Source: Dehalococcoidia bacterium (GTDB taxonomy: Bacteria; Chloroflexota; Dehalococcoidia; Lucifugimonadales; Australimonadaceae). Taken from it: a DNA stretch of 64,000 nucleotides. The stretch is taken from the NCBI GenBank assembly GCA_963668465.1, contig OY764542.1, positions 622,949 through 686,948 on the forward strand, given 5' to 3'. This document shows positions 38,646 through 48,462 of the stretch, piece after piece. Below the pieces are notes generated by a model. It saw only the letters and a program-made list of their open reading frames with translations. It made no database searches and was not told the DNA's origin. Both the position numbers and the translations under genes were made by a program. Positions within the stretch are counted from its first letter, which is position 1. Every line of letters starts with the position of its first letter.

Positions 38646-39673
38646 CCTAAGTTCACAAACGAAGTGCAACACCAGATTAAGGTGTTGCCATGGGAGAGTG
38701 CTATAGCCAGCTCAGCATTGAGGAACGATGTGAGATTGCCCGTCTACATACCAAGGGAGCCTCGATCAGGGAGATCGCAGCAGGTCTGGATCGCCCGGCA
38801 TCGACAGTTGCTCGGGAGTTGAAGCGCAACGGTTCACGAGCCGGCTACCGGGCGGTATATGCGCAGGAGCAGGCGCGTGCGCGTCGTTGGTCCGGAGTTC
38901 GGCTGGAGCGGGATGAGGAGTTGCGCAACGATGTGTTGGAGCGGCTGAAGCTGGGCTGGTCGCCGGAGGCGGTGGCAGGACGGCTGAGGAGAGAACGTGG
39001 CAAGAGCGTCATCTCCCACGAGAGCATCTACCGCTTCATCTATGCCCAGAGCGCACGGCACAAGGACTATGGATGGCGCCACTATCTGCGACAGAAGAGG
39101 TGGAAGCGCGGGAGGAGACGACGCAGGCATAGCCCAGCCTCGTTCATCGCTCACCGTCGCCCCATAGCAGAACGTCCCGCCTCTGTTGCCGACCGGCAGA
39201 CGTTCGGGAACTGGGAAGCGGACGTGATGCAGTTCGGCCGCGCAGGGCAAACGGTGTTGGCGTTGCACGAGCGTCATTCACGAGTGTTGATAGGAGTGCG
39301 GCAGGCTTCGAAGGCCGCCGCACCGATCGCCACGGCCATGGCGGGCATCCTTGGCCCTCTACCACCGGAGTTCCGCCAGACGGTCACCTTTGACAACGGC
39401 ACGGAGTTCGCTCACCACTATGAACTTCACGCCTGGGATATCGAGACGTTCTTCTGCGACACGTACTCGCCGTGGCAGAAGGGAGGCGTGGAGAATGCGA
39501 TTGGACGGATGCGTTGGGTGTTGCCCCGGAAGACGGACCTGGCTGCAGTGTCGGACGAGGAGTTTACGGCGTTGATGCAGGCATACAACAATACGCCGCG
39601 CAAGTGCCTCGACTACCTCACCCCAGCCGAGGTCCTGCTAGACCACGTGTTGCACTTCAAATGTGAATCCACC
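38646..39673 (+). mobile_element. IS30-family insertion sequence, copy 1 (~1028 bp)
   Basis: Imperfect terminal IRs ttcacaaacgaagtgcaacac / gtgttgcacttcaaatgtgaa; TTC (up to TTCCC) duplicated target; matches copies 2 and 3. Confidence 0.92.
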
Positions 39674-39694
39674 TTCCCGCCTGCGCGGGAATGA
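38690..39694 (+). CDS. IS30-family DDE transposase
   Basis: HTH QLSIEER..STVARELKRN, WSPE, WEAD, TFDNGTEF, PWQKGGVEN, NNTPRKCL. Confidence 0.93.
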   Translation: MGECYSQLSIEERCEIARLHTKGASIREIAAGLDRPASTVARELKRNGSRAGYRAVYAQEQARARRWSGVRLERDEELRNDVLERLKLGWSPEAVAGRLRRERGKSVISHESIYRFIYAQSARHKDYGWRHYLRQKRWKRGRRRRRHSPASFIAHRRPIAERPASVADRQTFGNWEADVMQFGRAGQTVLALHERHSRVLIGVRQASKAAAPIATAMAGILGPLPPEFRQTVTFDNGTEFAHHYELHAWDIETFFCDTYSPWQKGGVENAIGRMRWVLPRKTDLAAVSDEEFTALMQAYNNTPRKCLDYLTPAEVLLDHVLHFKCESTFPPARE

Positions 39695-39785
39695 CGGGTG
39701 GGATGCGGGAACGACGGGAGAAAGGGCGTCCCGTCTTTGCTATGCTACGCGCCGCCATATACCACTACGGCAGGAGAGAGAGCAT

Positions 39786-42014
39786 ATGACCACCGCACCA
39801 CGCGTCGTCGGCACACCGGTACCCCGCATCGACGGGCGCGACAAGGTAACCGGCTCGGCCAACTACGGCGCTGACTTCGAGATTCCGGGCACGCTCTGGG
39901 CGAAGACCCTGCGCAGCCCCTTCCCGCACGCACGCATACGCGGCATCGACGCCTCCGAGGCGCGGGCGCTGCCCGGCGTCCACGCGGTGCTCATGGGCGA
40001 CGACATCCCCGACAACATGCGCTGGGGACGGCGCATCGTCGACGTGCCCGTGCTCGCGCAGGGCGAGGTGCGGTTCGTCGGCGAGCAGGTCGCGGCGGTT
40101 GTCGCGGACGACGAGGAGATCGCGCAGCGGGCGCTCGAACTGATCGACGTCGACTACGAGGAGCTTCCCGCGGTCACGGACCCCGAGGAGGCGATGAAGA
40201 ACGAGATACTCGTGAACCCGGACATGCACGGCTTCAAGGGCCTGCTGTACGAGGTGAACGAGCCTACGAACGTCGTCGTGCACTTCGAGTGGAGCAAGGG
40301 CGACGTGGAGGCGGGCTTGCAGCAGGCCGACCTCGTGGTCGAGAACACGTACACGACGCCGTCGCAGCACCAGACGTACATGGAGGCTCACAACGCCACG
40401 GTGCGCGTCAACCCAGACGGCACGGCGGAGGTGTGGACGCCGGGCAAGGCGCCGTACGCGGTACGCACGCAGATATCGGGGCCGCTGGGCGTCGAGCCGG
40501 AGAGCATCGTCTTCCACCCGGTTACCATCGGCGGCGACTTCGGCGGCAAGGGGTCGCCGATGAACGTCGCGCTCGGCTACCTGCTGTCCAAGGCAGCGGG
40601 GAACCGTCCGGTGCGGATGGTGTTCGACTACGCGGAGGAGTTCCTGGCCGCGAACCCGCGCCACTACTCCAAGTTGCGGATGCGCACGGGGGTCAAGAAG
40701 GACGGCTCCATCACCGCGCACGACGTGGCCATCGTGTTCGACAGCGGCGCGTACGCGGGATTCAAGCCCGCGGGGCACCTCGGCGGCGCGAAGGCGGCGG
40801 GCGGACCTTACCGAACGGAAAACGCGCGCGTTGTTGAGGACATGGTCTACACCCACAACACACCGTGCGGACACATGCGCGGGCCCGGCGAGCCGCAGGC
40901 CGTCTTCGCCCTCGAATCGCACATCGACGAGGTCGCCGGTGCGCTTGGCATGGACCCCGTGCAGTTCCGGCTGATGAACCTCGTGGAGGACGGCGAGCCG
41001 ACGGCGCTCGGCGACGTGTTCGTCGAGAACCGGGCAGCGGAGGCGCTCGAAGTTGCCGTCGAGGCGTCGGGCTACAACGCGGCGAAGGCGTCCGGCGTGG
41101 GGCGCGGCGTCTCCGTCGGCGAGCGCCCGCCGGGCGGCGGACGCATCAACTCGCAGGTGTCGATGGAGGCGGACGGCTCCGTGCTCATCACCACTCCCCT
41201 CTTCGAGCAGGGCGCGGGCGCGTACACGGTGCTGCAGCAGGTCGTGGCCGAGGACCTAGGCCTCCCCGCCGACGCCGTGCGGATGGTCGTCGCCGACACG
41301 GGCCTGTTCGACATGGACCAGGGCGTTGGCGGCAGCCGCGTCACGAACCTCGGCACCGTCGCCACACACGAGGCCGTCGGGCAGGCGCAGGAAGAGCTGT
41401 TCAAGCTCGCGGCGGAGCTGCAGAACTGGCCGGAGGAGAAGCTCGTCGTGCAGGGGCAGATGCTCGTGCGGACGGACACCGGCGAGTCGCAGCCGTGGAG
41501 CAACCTCATCGCTCGCGTGGGCACGCCCGTCGTCGGGCGTGGGGTCGCCTCGGGCGGCTACGAGAACCCCGTCACCGGCTACTGCGCGCAGATCGCCGAG
41601 GTCGAGGTCGATGCGGAGACCGGCCAGATACGGCTGACGAAGCTCACGACCGTCCACGACACGGGCACCATCATCAACCCCATCGGCCACCAGGGCCAGA
41701 TCAACGGCGGCGCGATGATGGGCATCGGCTTCGGTCTGCAGGAGGAGCTGGTGCGGGAGAACGGCTTCATCTCCACGCTCTCGTTCGCGGACTACAAGAT
41801 ACCCAACATCGCCGACATCCCCGAGCTCACGACGGTTGTGCTCGACACGCCGGGCAAGGGCGTCGGCCCGTACAACATCAAGGCCATCGGCGAGAGTCCC
41901 AACGCGCCGACCGCGGCTGCTATCGCGAATGCCATCGCCGACGCCTGCGGCGTGCGCGTACGCGACTTGCCGGCGACGGCGGAGAAGGTCTACGAGGCGT
42001 TGCAGGATGCGTAG
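39786..42014 (+). CDS. Xanthine dehydrogenase-family molybdopterin-binding subunit
   Basis: DGRDKVTG, LRSPFPHARI, GGDFGGK, MRGPG.PQ, EQGAG, GQINGG..MGIG, KAIGE. Confidence 0.9.
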   Translation: MTTAPRVVGTPVPRIDGRDKVTGSANYGADFEIPGTLWAKTLRSPFPHARIRGIDASEARALPGVHAVLMGDDIPDNMRWGRRIVDVPVLAQGEVRFVGEQVAAVVADDEEIAQRALELIDVDYEELPAVTDPEEAMKNEILVNPDMHGFKGLLYEVNEPTNVVVHFEWSKGDVEAGLQQADLVVENTYTTPSQHQTYMEAHNATVRVNPDGTAEVWTPGKAPYAVRTQISGPLGVEPESIVFHPVTIGGDFGGKGSPMNVALGYLLSKAAGNRPVRMVFDYAEEFLAANPRHYSKLRMRTGVKKDGSITAHDVAIVFDSGAYAGFKPAGHLGGAKAAGGPYRTENARVVEDMVYTHNTPCGHMRGPGEPQAVFALESHIDEVAGALGMDPVQFRLMNLVEDGEPTALGDVFVENRAAEALEVAVEASGYNAAKASGVGRGVSVGERPPGGGRINSQVSMEADGSVLITTPLFEQGAGAYTVLQQVVAEDLGLPADAVRMVVADTGLFDMDQGVGGSRVTNLGTVATHEAVGQAQEELFKLAAELQNWPEEKLVVQGQMLVRTDTGESQPWSNLIARVGTPVVGRGVASGGYENPVTGYCAQIAEVEVDAETGQIRLTKLTTVHDTGTIINPIGHQGQINGGAMMGIGFGLQEELVRENGFISTLSFADYKIPNIADIPELTTVVLDTPGKGVGPYNIKAIGESPNAPTAAAIANAIADACGVRVRDLPATAEKVYEALQDA

Positions 42015-42029
42015 GCGGCGTGCACAGGG

Positions 42030-42195
42030 TGTCATGCTGAGCGCAGCCGAAGTATCCCTCGGGGGACGTTGGCGTATGCGGACGCTTGCCCGAGAGATTC
42101 CTCGGCTACGTTGCACTTCGCTCGGAATGACAAGCCACCCTGCCCCACACCGGCGTACCCTCACCCTAGCCCTCTCCCCTTGTAGGGAGAGGGGA
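42030..42195. repeat. TGTCAT inverted pair plus CCCTCACCC..GGGAGAGGG module
   Basis: tgtcatgctgagcgcagccgaag ... cttcgctcggaatgaca; ccctcaccctagccctctccccttgtagggagagggg (also at ~20452). Confidence 0.8.
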
Positions 42196-42217
42196 TCAGG
42201 CAGGGACGGGTAACCGT

Positions 42218-43846
42218 ATGGATGAACTACGACCCATAGGAGAGGTGGCGCGGAGCCTTGGCATCGCTCCGAAGCACCTCATCCCCTTCGGCGACAGCAA
42301 GGCGAAGGTGTTGCTCGACGCGATGCGGCCGGAGCAGAAGGGGAAGCTCATCGTCGTGACGGGCGTGAACCCAACGCCTGCGGGTGAGGGCAAGACGACC
42401 ACGAGCGTCGGGCTTACGCAGGGGCTGGGGAAGATCGGCAAGAGCGTCGTGACGACGCTTCGGGAGCCGTCGCTCGGGCCGATATTCGGGATCAAGGGCG
42501 GCGGCACCGGCGGGGGCAGGGCACGCGTCATACCGGAGGACGAGATCAACGTCCACTTCACCGGCGACGCGCACGCCGTCTCATCCGCGCACAACCTCCT
42601 CGGCGCACTCGCGGAGAACGTCATCTACCGCGGGCGCATCCCCGGTACGAAGCCGTCCGACATCACCTGGCGCCGCGTCGTCGACATCGAGGACCGCGCG
42701 CTGCGCAGCATCGTCTCCGGCCTCGGCGGCTCGGCGAACGCCCCGCTGCGCGAGACCGGGTTCGACATCGTGACTGCGTCCGAGATCATGGCCGTGCTCG
42801 CGCTCTCGTCCGGGCTGGACGACCTGCGCGCCCGCCTCGGCAGGATCACGGTCGCCACGGGAAGCGGCGGGGCGCGCGTGACGGCGGAGGACGTGGGGGC
42901 GGTCGGCTCGCTGATGGCGCTGCTGCGGCACGCCATCCTCCCGAACATGGTGCAGACCACGGAGGGGCAGCCGTCGTTCGTGCACACCGGGCCGTTCGGC
43001 AACATCGCACACGGCTGCAGCTCGGTCGTCGCGGACCGGCTCGCGCTCGGCTACGCGGACTACGTCGTGACCGAGGCGGGGTTCGGCGCAGACCTCGGCT
43101 TCGAGAAGTTCATGCACATCAAGTGCCGCACCAGCGGCCTGCGCCCGAGCGCGGCGGTGCTCGTGGGCACCGTGCGGGCGATGAAGCACCACGGGGGCGT
43201 CGCGATCAAGGACCTGGACTACCCCGACCCGCTCTCCGTGCGCATCGGCTGCGCGAACCTGCAGCACCTCGTCGGCGTCGTGCGCAAGTTCGGCCTGCCG
43301 GTCGTGGTTGCCATCAACCACTTCCCTTCCGACACGCCGGAGGAGACGGTGGTGATGCAGGACGCAGCCATCGAGGCGGGAGCGTCGCAGGCGGTCGTCT
43401 GCAGCGGCTTCATGGACGGCGGCGAGGGCGCGGTGGAACTCGCGGAGGCGGTTGCGCGCACGTCGGAGGCGGGCCCGCCCCGGGCGAGGTGGCTGTACCC
43501 GCTCGACGCTCCGCTGCGGGAGAAGGTGCGAGTGCTCGCGGAGACGGTCTACGGCGCGTCGGACGTGCGCTGGAGCGCGCCGGCGTCGCGGCAACTCGAA
43601 CGGTTCGAGGAGCAGGGGCTCGGCGGCATGCCCATCTGCATGGCGAAGACGCCGCTCTCCATCTCGCACGACCCGTCGCTCAAGAACCGTCCGAGCAACT
43701 ACACGTTCGAGATATCGGACGTGCGGGCGTCGACCGGCGCGGGGTTCGTCTACCCCATCGCGGGCAACATCGTCACGATGCCCGGCCTGCCCGGCACGCC
43801 ACGGGCGCTCGACGTCGACAGCAAGGGGAACATCACCGGGCTGTAG
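42218..43846 (+). CDS. fhs: Formate--tetrahydrofolate ligase
   Basis: PTPAGEGKTT, LREPSLGP.FGIKGG, HFTGD, GPFGNIAHGC, TEAGFGADLG, CMAKT, TMPGLP. Confidence 0.93.
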   Translation: MDELRPIGEVARSLGIAPKHLIPFGDSKAKVLLDAMRPEQKGKLIVVTGVNPTPAGEGKTTTSVGLTQGLGKIGKSVVTTLREPSLGPIFGIKGGGTGGGRARVIPEDEINVHFTGDAHAVSSAHNLLGALAENVIYRGRIPGTKPSDITWRRVVDIEDRALRSIVSGLGGSANAPLRETGFDIVTASEIMAVLALSSGLDDLRARLGRITVATGSGGARVTAEDVGAVGSLMALLRHAILPNMVQTTEGQPSFVHTGPFGNIAHGCSSVVADRLALGYADYVVTEAGFGADLGFEKFMHIKCRTSGLRPSAAVLVGTVRAMKHHGGVAIKDLDYPDPLSVRIGCANLQHLVGVVRKFGLPVVVAINHFPSDTPEETVVMQDAAIEAGASQAVVCSGFMDGGEGAVELAEAVARTSEAGPPRARWLYPLDAPLREKVRVLAETVYGASDVRWSAPASRQLERFEEQGLGGMPICMAKTPLSISHDPSLKNRPSNYTFEISDVRASTGAGFVYPIAGNIVTMPGLPGTPRALDVDSKGNITGL

Positions 43847-43891
43847 GCGTCTCCTCCACTCCCAGCGCAGCGATGAAGGGAGGTTCAGGCC

Positions 43892-44257
43892 ATGGAGCCA
43901 CAACGGTTCAGTTACCAGCGTCCGGAGAACGACCGGGCGAAGAACCTGACGCCCCTCTGCCACACCGACAGGCTGTGGGCGGACATGCAGCTCGTGAAAG
44001 AGGGCGGCGAGAACAAGCTGCACAGCCACACGGTGAGCGACGGGTTCTTCATGGTGATACAGGGCGCCGCGAAGTTCTACGGCGAAGGCGACGTCCTGCT
44101 GGCCGAACTGGGGGCGCAGGACGGGGTCGTGATGCCGCACGGCTTCAAGTACTGGTTCGAGAGCTCGGGGACGGAGCCGCTGCAGTTGTTGCACGTTGCG
44201 GCCAGCGACCCGAATCTCAGGGACGTGCGCGTCGGGCCGAGCCGGGAGTCGGGGTAG
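43892..44257 (+). CDS. Cupin domain protein
   Basis: GGENKLHSH..DGFFMVIQG, MPHGFKYWF. Confidence 0.8.
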   Translation: MEPQRFSYQRPENDRAKNLTPLCHTDRLWADMQLVKEGGENKLHSHTVSDGFFMVIQGAAKFYGEGDVLLAELGAQDGVVMPHGFKYWFESSGTEPLQLLHVAASDPNLRDVRVGPSRESG

Positions 44258-44467
44258 GCGGATCGGCCGGCGTTCACCGACGATTGTGCGCAGGGTTTCG
44301 CTTGTAGGGCGACAGGTTCCCCGAAGGGCACCCACAAGGGATGCCCCTACACCAGGCCAGGCGATCCGAGCAGGGCATCCACGAGGGATGCCCGTACACC
44401 GGGCCAGCCGAGAACAGGCGATGCCACGCACTGCACCGCCTCGTGACCTGGCGGTCACCCTGGATTC

Positions 44468-45495
44468 CCTAAGTTCACAAACGAAGTGCAACACCAGATT
44501 AAGGTGTTGCCATGGGAGAGTGCTATAGCCAGCTCAGCATTGAGGAACGATGTGAGATTGCCCGTCTACATACCAAGGGAGCCTCGATCAGGGAGATCGC
44601 AGCAGGTCTGGATCGCCCGGCATCGACAGTTGCTCGGGAGTTGAAGCGCAACGGTTCACGAGCCGGCTACCGGGCGGTATATGCGCAGGAGCAGGCGCGT
44701 GCGCGTCGTTGGTCCGGAGTTCGGCTGGAGCGGGATGAGGAGTTGCGCAACGATGTGTTGGAGCGGCTGAAGCTGGGCTGGTCGCCGGAGGCGGTGGCAG
44801 GACGGCTGAGGAGAGAACGTGGCAAGAGCGTCATCTCCCACGAGAGCATCTACCGCTTCATCTATGCCCAGAGCGCACGGCACAAGGACTATGGATGGCG
44901 CCACTATCTGCGACAGAAGAGGTGGAAGCGCGGGAGGAGACGACGCAGGCATAGCCCAGCCTCGTTCATCGCTCACCGTCGCCCCATAGCAGAACGTCCC
45001 GCCTCTGTTGCCGACCGGCAGACGTTCGGGAACTGGGAAGCGGACGTGATGCAGTTCGGCCGCGCAGGGCAAACGGTGTTGGCGTTGCACGAGCGTCATT
45101 CACGAGTGTTGATAGGAGTGCGGCAGGCTTCGAAGGCCGCCGCACCGATCGCCACGGCCATGGCGGGCATCCTTGGCCCTCTACCACCGGAGTTCCGCCA
45201 GACGGTCACCTTTGACAACGGCACGGAGTTCGCTCACCACTATGAACTTCACGCCTGGGATATCGAGACGTTCTTCTGCGACACGTACTCGCCGTGGCAG
45301 AAGGGAGGCGTGGAGAATGCGATTGGACGGATGCGTTGGGTGTTGCCCCGGAAGACGGACCTGGCTGCAGTGTCGGACGAGGAGTTTACGGCGTTGATGC
45401 AGGCATACAACAATACGCCGCGCAAGTGCCTCGACTACCTCACCCCAGCCGAGGTCCTGCTAGACCACGTGTTGCACTTCAAATGTGAATCCACC
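44468..45495 (+). mobile_element. IS30-family insertion sequence, copy 2
   Basis: Same ends and interior as copy 1; flanks ctggattc / ttcccgttttcacgggaatgac. Confidence 0.92.
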
Positions 45496-45516
45496 TTCCC
45501 GTTTTCACGGGAATGA
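44512..45516 (+). CDS. IS30-family DDE transposase
   Basis: Identical to copy 1 except target-derived C-terminus FPFSRE. Confidence 0.93.
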   Translation: MGECYSQLSIEERCEIARLHTKGASIREIAAGLDRPASTVARELKRNGSRAGYRAVYAQEQARARRWSGVRLERDEELRNDVLERLKLGWSPEAVAGRLRRERGKSVISHESIYRFIYAQSARHKDYGWRHYLRQKRWKRGRRRRRHSPASFIAHRRPIAERPASVADRQTFGNWEADVMQFGRAGQTVLALHERHSRVLIGVRQASKAAAPIATAMAGILGPLPPEFRQTVTFDNGTEFAHHYELHAWDIETFFCDTYSPWQKGGVENAIGRMRWVLPRKTDLAAVSDEEFTALMQAYNNTPRKCLDYLTPAEVLLDHVLHFKCESTFPFSRE

Positions 45517-45615
45517 CGATGGGGAGGGGGCTTGCCGCGCAGGAGAGGGGAACACGGACGTAACCCGAAGGGCACCCACAAGGGATGCCCCTACATTGGG
45601 TCAGCCGAGAGCTCG

Positions 45616-46860
45616 TTAGACCTTGGGGAGGCACTGTTTCCAGTCGGCGCCGGTGGGGAGGACGGAGGTGATCATGTAGGGGTAGTCGTGGAACTGGTTC
45701 TCTTCGGAGGTCCAGGCGAGGCCGGGTGGGTCGCCGCCTTCCGCCATGGTGCGGACGGCCTCGAGCATGAAGCGGCGCATCGCGATGATGTGCATGTCAC
45801 TGGCGCCGAGGTTCTCCTGGGTCCTGTCGCTGATGGCCCCCATGCTCTCGGTCACCATCTTGTCCTGCGTGTGGTTGCGGGCGGCGACCCCGCACCAGTA
45901 GTCGCCCGACTTCTGCTCCTCGCGGCTGAGCTGGTAGTGGTTGGCGCGGGTGTAGTAGCTCATGAAGTCCGGGCCCACCTCTGCGCGGTCACTCTGAGCG
46001 TACGAGTCGTCGACGCTCTTGTCCCACCAGACTTCGAAGTCGTAGCGCCAGTTGGTGTAGTCGTCGGCGGGCACCTGGTAGATGGTGTGGACGGCCTCGT
46101 TGTAGCCGTTGGGGGAGTCGCCGCGCGGGGTGTTGCCGATGCAGGGCATGAGGAAGGTGTTGGTGCGCACCATCTCCCGGGCGTCGTCGTAGGGGTAGAT
46201 TGTCGCGGCGCGGACGCCCCATGGCAGCCTGTCGATGGCGACGCGGGCCGGACGGCGGCGCGCCTGGTTCATGGGGTTGTCCTCGCCGGATATGCGCCGG
46301 TGGAGGTACGCGGAGTGGATGCTGTCGTTGTCGCCCTCAAGGGCCTGGAGCCAGTTGCACTCCAGGAAGAGCTTGCTACCGACGACGACGTGGTCGCGCG
46401 GCAGGGTGAACCACGGGAGGTTGGGGACAAGGGGCGTCTTGTCCTTCGGCCCCATGTAGGTGAGCACGACGCCGTTGCGCTCCTCGCACGGGTAGGACTT
46501 GTGCTGGATGGTGTCCTTCAGCCTGCTGGTCTCCGGCTCGGCGGGGATGTCCAAGACCGTGCCTTCCACGTCGTACTGCCAGCCGTGGTAGATGCACGTG
46601 ATGCTGCAGTTCTCCACGCGTCCGTAGAAGAGCGAGGCTCTGCGGTGCGAGCAGTACTCCCCGAGCAGCCCCACCCTGCCGTTGCTGTCGCGGAAGGCGA
46701 CGAGGTCCTCGTTGAGCAACTTGACGCGCACCGGAGCGCAGTCCGGCTCCGGCAGCTCCTCGGAGAGCAGCGCCGGTATCCAGTAGCGGCGAAACAGGTC
46801 GCCCATCGGCGTTCCGGGCCCGACACGGGTCAGGATCTCGTTGTCCTCGGCGATAGACAT
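45616..46860 (-). CDS. Rieske non-heme iron oxygenase alpha subunit (phthalate dioxygenase-like)
   Basis: MSIAEDNEILTRVGPGTPMG; YCSHR..TCIYHGW; EGDNDSIHSAYLH; GGAGG RBS. Confidence 0.9.
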   Translation of the reverse strand: MSIAEDNEILTRVGPGTPMGDLFRRYWIPALLSEELPEPDCAPVRVKLLNEDLVAFRDSNGRVGLLGEYCSHRRASLFYGRVENCSITCIYHGWQYDVEGTVLDIPAEPETSRLKDTIQHKSYPCEERNGVVLTYMGPKDKTPLVPNLPWFTLPRDHVVVGSKLFLECNWLQALEGDNDSIHSAYLHRRISGEDNPMNQARRRPARVAIDRLPWGVRAATIYPYDDAREMVRTNTFLMPCIGNTPRGDSPNGYNEAVHTIYQVPADDYTNWRYDFEVWWDKSVDDSYAQSDRAEVGPDFMSYYTRANHYQLSREEQKSGDYWCGVAARNHTQDKMVTESMGAISDRTQENLGASDMHIIAMRRFMLEAVRTMAEGGDPPGLAWTSEENQFHDYPYMITSVLPTGADWKQCLPKV

Positions 46861-46951
46861 GACACACCTCCCCAAGTGTTACGTCAGCGACCATGGGCCG
46901 CATGATGATTGCAACTATAGCCCCGGCGGGATACGTGTCAACGCGGCTGCG

Positions 46952-47857
46952 TCAGCGCCGCTCGTCCATGATGCGGCTGGCCATGCGCAGGTCCCACATC
47001 TGCAACGGGTTGTAGCCCGCCAGCTCCGGGTATTCGTCGACGGCCATGTCGTAGAAGTTGCCGATGGCGTCCGGCATCGGCACCGGCGGGTCGGCGAGCT
47101 CGGCGGCGAGGTGGCCGTAGACGACCTCGCGCTCTTCGGGAGTCGCTATCGAGGCGCCGGGCGCCTTCATCAGGCCGTCCGGGATGGAGGTCATCACGTC
47201 CAGCGCCGCCTGCTTGTCCTCTTTGAAGAGCCTTGCCGCGTCGAACGCCGCGCGCACGAGGTTCTCCATGTCCTCGGCGCGACTCTCCAGCAGTTCGACG
47301 GACGTGGTGTAGACGACACCACCCAGGAAGCCGAAGGAGCCGATGTCGAGCGGCACGAGGCCTGCTTCCGCCGCCGCGTCCGAGAAGAGGTTGGTAACGA
47401 TGGCCGCGGCGCAGTCACCCTCGATGACGCGCTTCCAGGGCGACCAACGGCCCACCTCTGCGTCCGGCGCGAGCTCGACCTCGAACTCCGTCAGCCCGGC
47501 CCGGTGCAGCCAGAGGGGGTCGATGAGGTTGGTGGGGCGGGCGTCGCGGACGGCGATGCGCTTGCCGCGCAGTTCGTCGAGGCTCGTGACGCCGGGGCGG
47601 ACGTAGAGTCGCTCGTTGATGGTGGTGACGGCGGCGGCGATGGATACGAGCGGCATGCCCTTCGCCCGGTTGAGTTGCTGGTTCCAGTAGTTCTCGGCGA
47701 GCACCTCGGCCCTGCCGTCGAACAGCAACTCGGCGTACTCGCGGCCTTCGGGGCGCTCCAAGACGATCTCCGTGCCGTACGCCGCGGCGGTGTGCTGCAC
47801 GGTGTAGAGGTACGGCAGGCGGTCGGCGTCGCGCCAGAGTAGTCGGATCGTTCCCAT
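46952..47857 (-). CDS. NMT1/SsuA-like substrate-binding-fold protein
   Basis: GVTSLDELRGKRIAV pattern, LVRAAFDAA; no signal peptide seen. Confidence 0.6.
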   Translation of the reverse strand: MGTIRLLWRDADRLPYLYTVQHTAAAYGTEIVLERPEGREYAELLFDGRAEVLAENYWNQQLNRAKGMPLVSIAAAVTTINERLYVRPGVTSLDELRGKRIAVRDARPTNLIDPLWLHRAGLTEFEVELAPDAEVGRWSPWKRVIEGDCAAAIVTNLFSDAAAEAGLVPLDIGSFGFLGGVVYTTSVELLESRAEDMENLVRAAFDAARLFKEDKQAALDVMTSIPDGLMKAPGASIATPEEREVVYGHLAAELADPPVPMPDAIGNFYDMAVDEYPELAGYNPLQMWDLRMASRIMDERR

Positions 47858-48038
47858 GGGTTCCTCCGTGCGAGAGACATCAGTGAGAGTAGCGCGGACA
47901 GTACGCCACGCCACGCCCGAATCACCCCCATCCTAACCTTCCCCCATCGAGGGGGAAGGGACAGATCGGTGGGGCATAGGAAGCATCCCGCCGCATCCGG
48001 GGCTTGTCAACGGACGGGACGGCAAGCTGCGGCAGGAA

Positions 48039-48458
48039 CTAGAACGAGACGCAGGCGTCCTGCACGACCCGGAGCACGGACTCCTGGCCGAAGCGTTGCT
48101 TGTAGTCGTCCGAGACTTCGTCGAGGAGGCGTGGAGCGTCGCCGCCCGGTGGGGCGAGGAGCACGAGCACCTTGGAGCGTTCCTTGAGGATCACCCCGTC
48201 TGAGGCGCGCCACTGGCCCTGAGCGTCGAGGACGGTCAGACCGTCCGGGAAGCGTGGCGTGACAATTTCGCCGAGGAAGGCGTCCCACGCCGCGTCGTCG
48301 ACCACCTCGCCGGAGTCGCCGCTGCGGCCCATGAAGAGTTCGTACTGAACGAACGGCTCGGTTCCTTCGGGGCAGGCGGGCGCGTCCGCGTCGCTGTCGC
48401 CGCAGGCGACGGCCAGCATCGCTGCGAGGGACAGGAACAGCAGGGTCAGCGGCCGCAC
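48039..48458 (-). CDS. DUF3574-family lipoprotein
   Basis: Lipobox AVAC; ELFMGR, VTPRFPDGLTV.DA.GQW, YKQRFGQESVL. Confidence 0.85.
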   Translation of the reverse strand: MRPLTLLFLSLAAMLAVACGDSDADAPACPEGTEPFVQYELFMGRSGDSGEVVDDAAWDAFLGEIVTPRFPDGLTVLDAQGQWRASDGVILKERSKVLVLLAPPGGDAPRLLDEVSDDYKQRFGQESVLRVVQDACVSF

Positions 48459-48462
48459 GGAA

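Noticed and set aside
38646-45495. Composite transposon of IS30 copies 1 and 2 carrying xdh-fhs-cupin
   Set aside because: Each copy has its own complete split palindrome and duplicated target, consistent with independent insertions; the cargo looks native.
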